A DNA stretch of 64,000 nt, from assembly GCA_024699355.1 (NCBI GenBank), contig JAILPR010000229.1, forward strand, positions 267 through 64,266, read 5' to 3'. Positions within the stretch are counted from its first letter, which is position 1, and every line of letters starts with the position of its first letter. Source of the DNA: Lachnospiraceae bacterium. GTDB taxonomy: Bacteria; Bacillota; Clostridia; Lachnospirales; Lachnospiraceae. Made by a program: the position numbers and the translations under genes. A model generated the notes under the pieces. It saw only the letters and a program-made list of their open reading frames with translations, made no database searches and was not told the DNA's origin. Below are positions 19,003 to 30,867 of this stretch, piece by piece.

Positions 19003-20367
19003 ATGGAATTTCTCGAGGAAAATTGGACTACAGTAAAAGAAAATATCAGAAAAGAATATGAGTTATCCGAGATTTCCTACAAGACCTGGATTCTTCCGCT
19101 GAAATTTCACAAGTTCGAGAATGGTATCGTTACCATTATTATTCCTCTCGATCAATCTCATGCGCTGAACTACATATCCAATAAATATAAAAGTTATTTT
19201 CAGGTAACAATATCCGAAATGCTGGATGAGACCGTAGAGATTTCTTTTATATTGGAAAAAGATGTTGCACAGGATTCCCCGGAAAATATTGCAGCGACTC
19301 CTCACTACAACATCATGTCCGAGAATGCGAACTTAAATCCGAAATACAAATTTGATACATTCGTTGTCGGCAGCAATAATAAATTTGCACACTCTGCTGC
19401 TCTTGCTGTTGCGGAAAGTCCCGGCGAAGCTTATAACCCTCTGTTTATCTACGGAGGAGCCGGTCTTGGAAAAACGCACTTAATGCATTCCATCGGACAT
19501 TATATTTTAGAAAATAACTCATCGATGAAAGTGCTCTATGTAACCAGTGAGCAGTTTACCAACGAAGTGATCGAATCCATTCGAAGCGGTAATGCAGCTG
19601 CAATGACCAAACTTCGAGAAAAATACAGAACCGTAGATGTTCTTATGATCGATGATGTACAGTTCATCATCGGTAAGGAAAGTACGCAGGAAGAATTTTT
19701 CCACACATTCAATGTATTACACGATGCAGGAAAACAGATCATCTTATCTTCCGATCGTCCTCCAAAAGAAATGCAGGCTTTGGAAGAGAGATATCGTTCC
19801 AGATTCGAATGGGGCTTAATCGCAGATATTCAGGTTCCGGACTATGAAACCAGAGTTGCGATTCTTCAGAAAAATGTGGAATCTCTGGATAAAAAAGTTG
19901 ATAACTCGATTTTGGAATATATTGCCAATAATATTCAGTCCAATATCCGTGAATTGGAAGGTGCTTTTAATAAGATCATCGCTTATTCCAAGATCAACAA
20001 TATTCCGTTGGAAAAGATTACCTTAGAACATGCGGAAGAAGCACTCAAAGATATCATTTCCAGTTCCGGATCCAGAGATGTCAATGAGGAACTGATCTTA
20101 AAGATTGTTGCAGAACACTTTAATGTCACACCAAAAGACATTCTATCTCAAAAAAGAGATGCACAGTTTTCAGAGCCAAGACAGGTAGTCATGTATTTAT
20201 GCAGTACCGTAACACATACCACTGCTGTCGGAATTGCAAAGTTATTAAATAAGAAGGATCACACAACGATTCTTCACGGAATCAAAAAGATCAGAGAACA
20301 GCTGGAGACAGATGAAGAATTAAGAAATAAAGTTACTGTCATTCAGAACATTATTTCTCCTTCTTAA
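19003..20367 (+). CDS. dnaA: Chromosomal replication initiator protein DnaA
   Basis: AAA+ Walker A GGAGLGKTHL, C-terminal DnaA-box-binding domain (DHTTILHGIKKI). Start set at ATG 19003 (GAAGGGAG upstream); the ORF-track start is 18979. Confidence 0.95.
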   Translation: MEFLEENWTTVKENIRKEYELSEISYKTWILPLKFHKFENGIVTIIIPLDQSHALNYISNKYKSYFQVTISEMLDETVEISFILEKDVAQDSPENIAATPHYNIMSENANLNPKYKFDTFVVGSNNKFAHSAALAVAESPGEAYNPLFIYGGAGLGKTHLMHSIGHYILENNSSMKVLYVTSEQFTNEVIESIRSGNAAAMTKLREKYRTVDVLMIDDVQFIIGKESTQEEFFHTFNVLHDAGKQIILSSDRPPKEMQALEERYRSRFEWGLIADIQVPDYETRVAILQKNVESLDKKVDNSILEYIANNIQSNIRELEGAFNKIIAYSKINNIPLEKITLEHAEEALKDIISSSGSRDVNEELILKIVAEHFNVTPKDILSQKRDAQFSEPRQVVMYLCSTVTHTTAVGIAKLLNKKDHTTILHGIKKIREQLETDEELRNKVTVIQNIISPS

Positions 20368-20423
20368 ACATCACCTATATATAATAGGAAGAAACACCTT
20401 ATACACACTTTGAAAAGACTTAT

Positions 20424-20668
20424 TCTTCCACAGTGTGGAAAATTAAGTTGATAACATTGATCTGCGAATTCTAAACAGATTTTTAGAATTCTAAAGAATG
20501 TGTAAAATTTTGAATAACTTTTTATTTATCCATAGTGAAATTCAAAAGTTATCCTTATCAAAAATGTTGTAACTAAGGGACATACACAGGTTATCCCCGA
20601 TATCAACACCCCTTAATACGAAGTATTACTGATTACTATTTATTTATATCGTTTATTCAGCACGCATT
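20424..20668. other. oriC, downstream element (dnaA-dnaN intergenic): degenerate DnaA boxes plus AT-rich candidate unwinding region
   Basis: Inverted pair TTCCACAgTGTGGAA (20426-20440). Boxes TTATCCATA (20526-20534), TTATCCTTA (20549-20557) and TTATCCCCG (20591-20599). These are followed by an AT-rich run, aagtattactgattactatttatttatatcgtttattc (about 20621-20668). Confidence 0.6.
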
Positions 20669-20692
20669 ACAAAAGAAAGGACCAAACGAAAA

Positions 20693-21802
20693 ATGAAAAT
20701 CATCTGTTCAAAATCATCTCTTTTTAATGGTGTTCAAATCGTTTCCAAAGCAATACCTTCCAAAACAACAATGACAATTCTTCAATGTATCCTGATCAAT
20801 GCCAGTGAAGATCAGATCAAACTGACTGCAAATGATACAGAACTTGGTATTGAAACAACGGTTGAAGGAACAATCGCAGAAAAAGGAATCATTGCACTGG
20901 ATGCAAAATTTTTCCAGGATATTGTAAGAAATCTGCCGGATAGTGATATTACGATCGAAACAGATTCCAATTATATGACAACGATTACCTGTGAAAATTC
21001 AAAATTCAATATCATTGGAAAAGCAGGGGATGATTTTTCTTATCTTCCGGTAATTGAAAAGCAGAATACCATCCTGATGTCACAGTTTACGTTAAAGGAA
21101 ATCATCAGACAAACCCTGTTCTGCACAGCAGATAATGATAATAACGTATTAATGACAGGTGAGCTTTTCGATGTACAGGGTGATCATTTAACCGTGATCG
21201 CACTGGACGGACATCGTATTGCTATTCGTAATGTCACAATGAAAAATTCGTATCCTTCCAACAAAGTGATCGTACCGGCAAAAACGTTGAATGAACTGAT
21301 CAAGATTTTACCGGGTGATACGGATAAAGATGTGGATATCTTCTTTACGGATAAACACATTGTGTTTAACTTCAATGATACGATCGTCGTTTCAAGATTA
21401 ATTGAAGGTGAGTATTTTAAAATCGATCAAATGCTCTCTTCCGACTATGAGACCAAAGTACAGATCAATAAACAAAGTCTGTTAAATTGTATTAATCGTG
21501 CAACTCTTTTGGTCAAAGAAGGTGATAAGAAACCGGTTATCATGAATATTACGGATAACAACCTGGAAATGATGATCAATTCCACCATTGGTAGTATGGA
21601 TGAAAATATTACGATCGAGAAGAACGGAAAAGATCTGATGATCGGTTTTAATCCGAAATTTTTAATTGACGCACTGAGAGCCATTGATGATGAGATCATT
21701 ACAATTTATCTCGTAAATTCCAAGGCTCCTTGCTATATCAAAGACAACGACGGTAATTATAATTACATGGTTCTTCCTGTAAACTTTACAACCGTTGCCT
21801 GA
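20693..21802 (+). CDS. dnaN: DNA polymerase III beta sliding clamp
   Basis: 369 aa; position after dnaA; typical three-domain clamp length, ending LPVNF. Confidence 0.95.
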   Translation: MKIICSKSSLFNGVQIVSKAIPSKTTMTILQCILINASEDQIKLTANDTELGIETTVEGTIAEKGIIALDAKFFQDIVRNLPDSDITIETDSNYMTTITCENSKFNIIGKAGDDFSYLPVIEKQNTILMSQFTLKEIIRQTLFCTADNDNNVLMTGELFDVQGDHLTVIALDGHRIAIRNVTMKNSYPSNKVIVPAKTLNELIKILPGDTDKDVDIFFTDKHIVFNFNDTIVVSRLIEGEYFKIDQMLSSDYETKVQINKQSLLNCINRATLLVKEGDKKPVIMNITDNNLEMMINSTIGSMDENITIEKNGKDLMIGFNPKFLIDALRAIDDEIITIYLVNSKAPCYIKDNDGNYNYMVLPVNFTTVA

Positions 21803-21817
21803 TCTGTAGGTAAACTT

Positions 21818-22030
21818 ATGCAACAAATCAAAATCAAAGATGATTTTATTAAACTTGGGCAGGCTTTAAAATTGGCCGGGCTGGTAGGAAGCGGATTGGA
21901 TGCCAAGATTGTCATTCAGGACGGACAGGTTAAAGTAAACGGACAAACAGAGACACAGCGAGGAAAAAAGCTGGTTGCCGGTGATGTCGTTTCTTTTGAA
22001 AATTCAGAATTTGAGGTTACGACTGAATGA
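21818..22030 (+). CDS. yaaA: S4-domain RNA-binding protein YaaA
   Basis: 70 aa; LGQALKLAGLVGSGLDAK...GKKLVAGDVV resembles B. subtilis YaaA; located between dnaN and recF. Confidence 0.8.
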   Translation: MQQIKIKDDFIKLGQALKLAGLVGSGLDAKIVIQDGQVKVNGQTETQRGKKLVAGDVVSFENSEFEVTTE

Positions 22031-23106
22031 TTATAAAATCATTACAACTTCAAAATTTCAGAAATTATGAATCCTGTGAAATCGAATTAGACAAAGGAAC
22101 CAATATTTTCTACGGCGATAATGCACAAGGAAAAACCAATATCCTGGAAGCAATCTTTATGATGGCAACAACAAAGTCTCATAAAGGAAGCAAGGATCAG
22201 GAAATGATCCGTTTTGGTCAGGATGAGGCACATATCAGATCTGTATTGTTTAAAGAAGATGTCACGAGACAGATTGATATTTTAATTCGTAAAAATAAAA
22301 ACAAGGCGATTGCAATTGATCAACAGAAAGTGAAAAAAGCTGCTGATTTATTGGGATTGTTGAATGTTGTATTTTTCTCGCCGGAAGATCTTAACATCAT
22401 TAAGAACGGACCGGCGGAGCGAAGACAATTTCTGAATGTGGAATTGTGTCAGCTGGATTCTTTTTATCTTTATAACTTAAATCACTACAACAAAATTGTA
22501 GTGCAGAGAAATAAGTTACTGAAAGAGATGTATGATAATCCGTCTCTCAAAGAAACCCTGCCAATCTGGGATTCGCAGCTTGCTTCTTATGGAAGTAAGA
22601 TCATTGAGAGAAGAAACATCTTTATCGATCAGCTCAATGAAATCATTGCTGAAATTCATGATAAATTGTCCGGCGGACGTGAAAAACTGGTCATCGGATA
22701 TGACAAAAATGTGGCAAGCGATGAACTGGAAGAAAAGCTGTTAAAAACACATCAAAAAGACATTATGTTGCATCAGACAACCGTGGGTCCGCACAGAGAC
22801 GATATTATTTTTACGGTAAATGATATCGATATCAGAAAATACGGATCACAGGGACAACAACGAACTGCAGCATTATCTTTGAAACTATCGGAGATTGAAC
22901 TGGTAAAAAATTCGATTCATGATACACCGATCCTTTTATTGGATGATGTATTATCGGAACTTGACAGTAATCGTCAAAATTACCTGCTCAATCAAATCGG
23001 TGATATTCAAACAATCATCACCTGTACGGGCTTAGATGAGTTTGTTAGAAATCGCTTTGAAATCAATAAAGTATTTCAGGTAACAAACGGAGTCATCAGC
23101 AACTGA
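22027..23106 (+). CDS. recF: DNA replication and repair protein RecF
   Basis: Walker A GDNAQGKTNILEAI, signature SQGQQRT, Walker B LLLDDV. ATGA overlap with yaaA. Confidence 0.93.
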   Translation: MIIKSLQLQNFRNYESCEIELDKGTNIFYGDNAQGKTNILEAIFMMATTKSHKGSKDQEMIRFGQDEAHIRSVLFKEDVTRQIDILIRKNKNKAIAIDQQKVKKAADLLGLLNVVFFSPEDLNIIKNGPAERRQFLNVELCQLDSFYLYNLNHYNKIVVQRNKLLKEMYDNPSLKETLPIWDSQLASYGSKIIERRNIFIDQLNEIIAEIHDKLSGGREKLVIGYDKNVASDELEEKLLKTHQKDIMLHQTTVGPHRDDIIFTVNDIDIRKYGSQGQQRTAALSLKLSEIELVKNSIHDTPILLLDDVLSELDSNRQNYLLNQIGDIQTIITCTGLDEFVRNRFEINKVFQVTNGVISN

Positions 23107-23111
23107 ACTGA

Positions 23112-25049
<1,938 letters not shown>

Positions 25050-25068
25050 GCGAAAAAAGAGGTAATCT

Positions 25069-27630
25069 ATGGACGACCAAATCTTTGACAAGATTGAGGA
25101 AGTTGATCTTAAGAAAAAAATGGAAGACTCCTACATCGATTATGCGATGAGCGTTATTGCCGCTCGTGCATTACCTGATGTAAGAGACGGATTAAAGCCG
25201 GTTCAGCGCCGCGTGCTGTATTCCATGATCGAATTAAACAACGGTCCCGACAAACCGCATCGTAAGAGTGCACGTATTGTCGGTGATACGATGGGTAAGT
25301 ATCACCCGCATGGTGATAGTTCCATTTACGGTGCTTTGGTAAACATGGCACAGGATTGGAATTTCAGATATACCCTGGTTGACGGTCACGGAAACTTCGG
25401 TTCTATGGATGGTGATGGTGCTGCTGCGATGCGATACACCGAAGCGCGTCTTTCCAAAATTTCCATGGAACTGCTTGCGGACATCAATAAAGATACCGTA
25501 GACTTTATTCCTAACTTTGATAATACCGAGTCAGAACCTACCGTATTACCGAGTCGTTACCCGAACCTTTTGGTCAATGGTACGACAGGTATTGCCGTAG
25601 GTATGGCAACGAATATTCCGCCGCACAATCTGCGGGAAGTGATTGCGGCCGTAAACCGGATCATCGATAATCGTGTTCAGGAAGATCGGGATACCGATAT
25701 CGATGAACTGCTTGAAATCATCAAAGCACCGGATTTTCCGACCGGAGGTATCATCTTAGGTACAAGAGGTGCGGAAGAAGCATATCGTACAGGCCGAGGC
25801 AAAGTGCGTGTTCGCGCGGTTACCGATATTGAGCCGATGGCAAACGGTAAGAGCCGTATTGTTGTAACGGAATTGCCGTATGCGGTAAACAAAGCCAATC
25901 TGGTACTTAAGATCGCAGAGCTGGTAAAAAATAAAAAGATCGATGGAATCACAGATTTACGAGATGAATCCAGCCGTGAAGGTTTGAGAGTTGTCATCGA
26001 ACTCCGTAAAGATGTGAATCCAAATGTGATGCTCAATAAATTATTTAAGCATACGCAATTGCAGGATTCTTTTGGTATCATTATGCTCGCATTGGTGGAT
26101 AATGAGCCGAAAGTAATGAATCTGCAGGAAATGCTGAAATATTACTTAAAGCATCAGGAAGATGTTGTTACCAGAAGAACCAAATATGATTTAAATAAGG
26201 CAGAAGAAAGAGACCATATTTTACAGGGCTTACTGATCGCCTTAGATCATATCGATGAAGTCATCAAGATCATTCGTGCAAGTGCAAATACCGCAGAAGC
26301 CAAAACCGGTTTGATGGAACGTTTTGCACTGACAGAAGCACAGGCACAGGCGATCGTTGATATGCGTCTGCGTGCGTTAACCGGCTTGGAAAGAGAAAAG
26401 CTGGAGGCAGAGCATGCGGAACTGTTAAAAAAGATCGCCGAGTGGAAAGCAATTCTGGCAGATGAAAAGCTTCTGCTTGGTGTCATCAAAGAAGAAATCA
26501 CGGTGATCGCTGATAAATACGGTGATGACAGACGCAGTAAGATCGGCATTGACGTATATGATATCAATACCGAGGACCTGATCCCGAGAGAAAATGCAGT
26601 TATTGCTCTGACGGGAATGGGTTATATCAAGCGAATGACCGTAGATAATTTTAAGGCACAGAACCGTGGCGGTAAGGGTATTAAGGGCATTACGACGATT
26701 GAAAATGATTACATTGAAGATCTCTTAATGACCACAACACATCATTATCTGATGTTCTTTACCAATACCGGTCGCGTATACCGTATGAAGGCATACGAAA
26801 TTCCGGAAGTCGGAAGAACCTCCAGAGGAACGGCCATCATCAATCTGTTACAGATGGCACCGGGAGAGAAAATCACGGCGATGATCCCAATCCGCGGATA
26901 TGATGAAGAAAAGAATCTCTTCATGGTAACCAAGCGCGGAATCATCAAAAAGACACCGATCACAGAATATGAAAATATTCGCAAGAACGGATTGATCGCG
27001 ATTAACCTTCGCGACGAAGATGAGCTGATCGAAGTAAAGACGACGACAGCGGAAAGCGAAATCTTCCTGGTAACGAAGTTTGGTATGTGTATCCGCTTTA
27101 AGGAAACCGATGTCAGAAATACCGGAAGAAATTCTATGGGTGTCATTGGTATGAACCTGGCAGATACTGATGAAATCATTGGTATGCAGTTAAATACCCA
27201 GGGAGATTCACTCCTCATCGTTTCAGAGAAAGGTCTCGGAAAGAGAACATATCTGGAAGAATTTACCGTACAGAAACGTGGCGGTAAGGGCGTAAAGTGC
27301 TATAAGATTACCGAAAAGACCGGAAATGTTGTAGCAATGAAGGCCGTAAATGATGAAAACGAGATCATGATGATCACCAGTGAAGGCATTATCATTCAGC
27401 TCCGTATGGAAGAGATTTCCGTACTTGGAAGAATTACATCCGGAGTAAAGATGATTTCCGTAGATCAGGGCGTATCCGTTGTAAGTATTGCAAAAGTACG
27501 TGAAAAGATCAGCGATGGAACTCAGGAATATGACAACATCGAGGATGCGGAAGCAAATAACATCATTGAAGAGGATGAGGAAGAGGAAGAATTAAATCTT
27601 CCGAAAGAAGAGGAAGAAGACGACGAATAA
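25069..27630 (+). CDS. gyrA: DNA gyrase subunit A
   Basis: Active-site region [14 protein letters not shown]-like [11 protein letters not shown], GyrA-box and beta-pinwheel CTD, acidic tail EEDEEEEE...EEEEDDE. Confidence 0.97.
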   Translation: MDDQIFDKIEEVDLKKKMEDSYIDYAMSVIAARALPDVRDGLKPVQRRVLYSMIELNNGPDKPHRKSARIVGDTMGKYHPHGDSSIYGALVNMAQDWNFRYTLVDGHGNFGSMDGDGAAAMRYTEARLSKISMELLADINKDTVDFIPNFDNTESEPTVLPSRYPNLLVNGTTGIAVGMATNIPPHNLREVIAAVNRIIDNRVQEDRDTDIDELLEIIKAPDFPTGGIILGTRGAEEAYRTGRGKVRVRAVTDIEPMANGKSRIVVTELPYAVNKANLVLKIAELVKNKKIDGITDLRDESSREGLRVVIELRKDVNPNVMLNKLFKHTQLQDSFGIIMLALVDNEPKVMNLQEMLKYYLKHQEDVVTRRTKYDLNKAEERDHILQGLLIALDHIDEVIKIIRASANTAEAKTGLMERFALTEAQAQAIVDMRLRALTGLEREKLEAEHAELLKKIAEWKAILADEKLLLGVIKEEITVIADKYGDDRRSKIGIDVYDINTEDLIPRENAVIALTGMGYIKRMTVDNFKAQNRGGKGIKGITTIENDYIEDLLMTTTHHYLMFFTNTGRVYRMKAYEIPEVGRTSRGTAIINLLQMAPGEKITAMIPIRGYDEEKNLFMVTKRGIIKKTPITEYENIRKNGLIAINLRDEDELIEVKTTTAESEIFLVTKFGMCIRFKETDVRNTGRNSMGVIGMNLADTDEIIGMQLNTQGDSLLIVSEKGLGKRTYLEEFTVQKRGGKGVKCYKITEKTGNVVAMKAVNDENEIMMITSEGIIIQLRMEEISVLGRITSGVKMISVDQGVSVVSIAKVREKISDGTQEYDNIEDAEANNIIEEDEEEEELNLPKEEEEDDE

Positions 27631-27646
27631 GTCGGATAGTTCAGAA

Positions 27647-27680
27647 AAGCGGCGAACGAAAACGTTCGCCGCTTTATTTT
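27647..27680 (+). terminator. Rho-independent terminator after gyrA (possibly bidirectional)
   Basis: AAGCGGCGAACG-aaaa-CGTTCGCCGCTT (12-bp perfect stem) followed by TATTTT. An A-rich run lies upstream. Confidence 0.85.
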
Positions 27681-27734
27681 GATGTAGGTATTTGAAATAA
27701 TCGATCACCGGATGAATGCATAAGCAAAGACTGA

Positions 27735-28481
27735 TCAAGGGCGGACACGGAACCAGTACTGATATAAAAACTGATAACCGATCGCTTCATAAAGTTTACG
27801 TGCATCACCGTTTCCTTCAACAACCTGCAGATAAGAGGACGTTAACCCGCGATTTCGTGCTTCGGTCAGAATTGCCGTACAAATTTGGCGGGCATATCCT
27901 TCATGTCGATGATCTTCATGAACATGAATTGCATAGAGACCGACATAAGAACGATCGATCACGCCAAGGCCGGTAGCGATCACCTGTCCGTCTTTTTCAA
28001 TATATGCACAAATGGTATCCTTCGGAATCGCGGCATACATGGAAGGAACAACGCGCAGATGATGAGGATCGGTCGTATTTTTCAAAGCAAATAAACTTTG
28101 GATCCATTCATCGGATACATAGTCTAACACCGTGACATCCGAAAATTTATAATTGATCTTTGCTTCTGCAAGATCCAGATACATGACATTGGTCGTATGT
28201 TGAATCTCATATCCACGATTTTCCAGCATATAATCGAAATCTGTGGAAACAAGGGGAGAAATCTTAAAAATGGTCGGGGTGTGCCAACGCGCATAGCGGC
28301 TTTCACAGTAAGGAATCTTGACACTCCAGGGAAGGGTGGAAGACCCAAACTGCTCAACACTGTTGGTACGATGTGTATAAAAATAAGAAAATCGAAGAAT
28401 CCAGCCATCATACAGTTCCATCTGATGTGACGGCCAGGCATTTAACGACATATCTTCAATTTCTTTGATTCGTAAATCCAT
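27735..28481 (-). CDS. GNAT family N-acetyltransferase
   Basis: Acetyl-CoA-binding-like segment HEDHRHEGYARQICTAIL...GNGDARKLYEAIGY. Start trimmed to ATG 28481 (GGAGG 6 nt upstream); the ORF-track start is 28547. Confidence 0.8.
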   Translation of the reverse strand: MDLRIKEIEDMSLNAWPSHQMELYDGWILRFSYFYTHRTNSVEQFGSSTLPWSVKIPYCESRYARWHTPTIFKISPLVSTDFDYMLENRGYEIQHTTNVMYLDLAEAKINYKFSDVTVLDYVSDEWIQSLFALKNTTDPHHLRVVPSMYAAIPKDTICAYIEKDGQVIATGLGVIDRSYVGLYAIHVHEDHRHEGYARQICTAILTEARNRGLTSSYLQVVEGNGDARKLYEAIGYQFLYQYWFRVRP

Positions 28482-28559
28482 ACAAACCTCCGAGACAGAA
28501 AAATCATCTAATAATATGAGAATAGCACCTCCACAGAGGAATCGCAACGAAGAGGAAAT

Positions 28560-28588
28560 TTGTCAGTCCACAAAATTCGTGTTAGATT
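28560..28588 (+). promoter_or_regulatory. Candidate sigma-A-type promoter for the ECF-like sigma gene
   Basis: TTGTCA (28560-28565), 17-nt spacer, TAGATT (28583-28588), about 35 nt before the start codon. Confidence 0.4.
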
Positions 28589-28622
28589 TGTTAGGGAACA
28601 ACGACATTAAGAGGAAGTACAA

Positions 28623-29177
28623 ATGACGAATCTTTACGAAGAACTCGTAAAACATATCACCGAAAATCAAAATCAATTTTATCGAGCAGCCTATTATTAC
28701 GTAAAGAGCAGGGAGGCTGCATTGGATGTTGTACAGAACGCGATCTGTAAAGCACTTGAGAACTATGAGAAACTTCAGGTCAAAGAAGCAATGCCAAGCT
28801 GGTTTTATCGAATTTTGATCAATGAGGCACTCATGTATCTGCGCAAGGAGAAAAAATACATTGCCTGGGATGAAACAGACAATGATTTTTTGGAGGGCAG
28901 TTTTGAGGAGCCGGCATATGAGCCAAAGATCGAAGTCAAAGAAAAGATCGCAGATCTGCCGACCGAAATGCAGGTGGTGATCCAGCTGCACTTCTTTGAG
29001 GATAAAACATTAAAAGAGGTATCGGAAATTACCAATACCAATTTAAATACCGTAAAATCGAGACTCTATGCGGCATGTAAGAGACTTGGCAAAGAGCTGG
29101 AAGCAGAGGATGATACGTTGCGGACCAGATACAAAAAAGCACGGGAAAAAGAGCAGAAATTGGCGGAAGAAGCGTAG
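28623..29177 (+). CDS. Sigma-70 family (ECF-like) RNA polymerase sigma factor
   Basis: Region 2-like DVVQNAICKALENYEKL...WFYRILINEALMYLRKEKK and region 4 HTH LKEVSEITNTNLNTVKSRLYAACKRL. Confidence 0.85.
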   Translation: MTNLYEELVKHITENQNQFYRAAYYYVKSREAALDVVQNAICKALENYEKLQVKEAMPSWFYRILINEALMYLRKEKKYIAWDETDNDFLEGSFEEPAYEPKIEVKEKIADLPTEMQVVIQLHFFEDKTLKEVSEITNTNLNTVKSRLYAACKRLGKELEAEDDTLRTRYKKAREKEQKLAEEA

Positions 29178-29278
29178 GAAAGCACAGATTCCAAAAAAAG
29201 AATAAAAAATCAAAAACGGCATAAACTTATCGAATGAAAATTGCATCTAAAGAAATACAATGAGGAAAATGTGCAAGA

Positions 29279-30763
29279 ATGAGAAACTTTGAGTGGGAAA
29301 AAAGAGAATACGAACAGATCGAAATTCCAAAGGAATTATCGTTTATGGTCAAGAAGACCATTGCGTATGACCGCAAGAAGAAAAAACAGGTTCAAAGAAT
29401 CCGTTTGATCAAAGCGATCGGCGCGGTGGCAGCAGCAGTAGTCGTCGTATTTACGGTGGGCGTCAATTCCAGCTATGTCTTTGCAAAGACGGCGATGCAA
29501 ATCCCCGGAATCCGTACTGTGGCAGCGACCGTGGCGGTCCGCGATTATTCAACACAGTTGGAAAACGATGAAGAAGGCGCAACGATTTTTGCAGAAGCAA
29601 AGGCAACGGTGCCGGCAGCATTGCAGACGACAAAGACGGAACAGGTGGCGCAGGTCGTACAGGAAAGTGAAGTGGTTGAAGTTGCTGAGCAGGAAGTCCA
29701 AAGTTGGGCGGATTCGGTGACCCTGGAAGATCTGGATCAGATCACGGAAGTATATTGTCCGGTTTGGGATCATCAGTATGAAGCGGGTGCAGCGCAATTG
29801 AAAACCATCCTGCTGGCAGAAGCAAGAACCGACCGGATCGATCCAAATGATCTGACGGCAAGTACTTATGTGGCGTTATACGGATATCACGAGACCGGCG
29901 GATTTGTCGGCGTGATCATGCGAATCGGTGAGCATTTGCAGTATTACGACTGGACGTATATGGTGGCGGATGGAAAACTTCCGGAATTGAAGATCATGGA
30001 CAGCGACGGAGATGGCGTGATGGATGTCGAAGTCGTACTTTATGATCAGGTTCTGGAGGAAAGCGTTGAAATCACGGAAGAAAGTATCGCCGAATCGACA
30101 GCACAAACCGAGGAAACAGTGACGGAGGAAACGGTAGAAACAGAAACATCGGAATCTACGGAAACACTGGAAACTTCGGCTGAAAACGAGAGTAGCGAAA
30201 CTAAGGAGAGCAGCGACAGCAACGAAAGCAGCACAAACAACGAAAGCAGCACAAGCAACGAAAGCAGCACAAGCAACGAAAGCAGCACAAACAACGAAAG
30301 CAGTGCGAGCAACGAAAGCAGCACAAGTAACGAAAGTGCCAAGAGTAGCGAAAGTGCCAAGAGTAGCGAAAGTACCAAGAGTAGTGAAAGTGCGGAAAGT
30401 ACTGCAAGTAGTGTAAGTACAACAGATGTGACGCAGACAACACCTTCAATTTCCCAGACGATAGAAAGTAAAACTGTGGCAACGACCGGGGAGAGCACGG
30501 CAGCTGTAACGGGCACGACTGGCAGCGTATCCGGAAACGATCCGGTGATGGAGAGCGGTGCGGCAAGTGAGAGCGAGACAGCAGCTAGAGAAAGCGAGAG
30601 CGTAGCAGAAACGGAAAGCGTACAGGAGACAACGGCAGCAGAGACACTTCCGGGAGAGACGCAGAAGATCCAGAAAGTAGTGACCAAAGAAACGTCTTAC
30701 CATACGACGAGATATTTGATCAAACTTGGTACGGACGGACAGATCAGTGCAAGTGCGCTATAA
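29279..30763 (+). CDS. Single-pass membrane protein, putative cognate anti-sigma factor, with extracellular domain and long Ser/Thr/Glu-rich low-complexity stalk
   Basis: Located downstream of the sigma gene. About 45-aa cytoplasmic N-terminus, TM AIGAVAAAVVVVFTVGV, then a globular part, then SNESSTSNESSTNNESS... repeats. No HxxxCxxC zinc anti-sigma motif is present, so the function is inferred from position only. Confidence 0.5.
   Translation: MRNFEWEKREYEQIEIPKELSFMVKKTIAYDRKKKKQVQRIRLIKAIGAVAAAVVVVFTVGVNSSYVFAKTAMQIPGIRTVAATVAVRDYSTQLENDEEGATIFAEAKATVPAALQTTKTEQVAQVVQESEVVEVAEQEVQSWADSVTLEDLDQITEVYCPVWDHQYEAGAAQLKTILLAEARTDRIDPNDLTASTYVALYGYHETGGFVGVIMRIGEHLQYYDWTYMVADGKLPELKIMDSDGDGVMDVEVVLYDQVLEESVEITEESIAESTAQTEETVTEETVETETSESTETLETSAENESSETKESSDSNESSTNNESSTSNESSTSNESSTNNESSASNESSTSNESAKSSESAKSSESTKSSESAESTASSVSTTDVTQTTPSISQTIESKTVATTGESTAAVTGTTGSVSGNDPVMESGAASESETAARESESVAETESVQETTAAETLPGETQKIQKVVTKETSYHTTRYLIKLGTDGQISASAL
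30221..30400. repeat. About 10 x 18-bp tandem repeat (aacgaaagcagcacaarc, diverging at the 3' copies) encoding (N/S)ESS(T/A)(S/N)-type hexapeptides
   Basis: Units read in register at 30221, 30239, 30257, 30275, 30293, 30311, 30329, 30347, 30365 and 30383. Confidence 0.85.
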
Positions 30764-30790
30764 CAGAAAAATGAACAGTAAAAAATAGCA

Positions 30791-30854
30791 AAAAAAGCCC
30801 CCGCCTTCGTAAGGACGATCCATGCAGATCGAACAAACGAAAGCGGGGCTTTTT
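30791..30854. terminator. Bidirectional terminator-like long hairpin between convergent genes
   Basis: AGCCCCCGCCTTCGT ... ACGAAAGCGGGGCT, an imperfect ~14-bp stem with ~26-nt loop, flanked by an A-run upstream and TTTTT downstream. Confidence 0.6.
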
Positions 30855-30867
30855 CAGGTCTTCTTGA

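Noticed and set aside
30046-30687. 213-aa and 121-aa minus-strand ORFs (Leu/Ser-rich and Cys/Phe/Arg-rich)
   Set aside because: They are antisense reading frames of the 18-bp tandem repeat region of the anti-sigma-like gene. Their periodic sequence simply mirrors the repeat.
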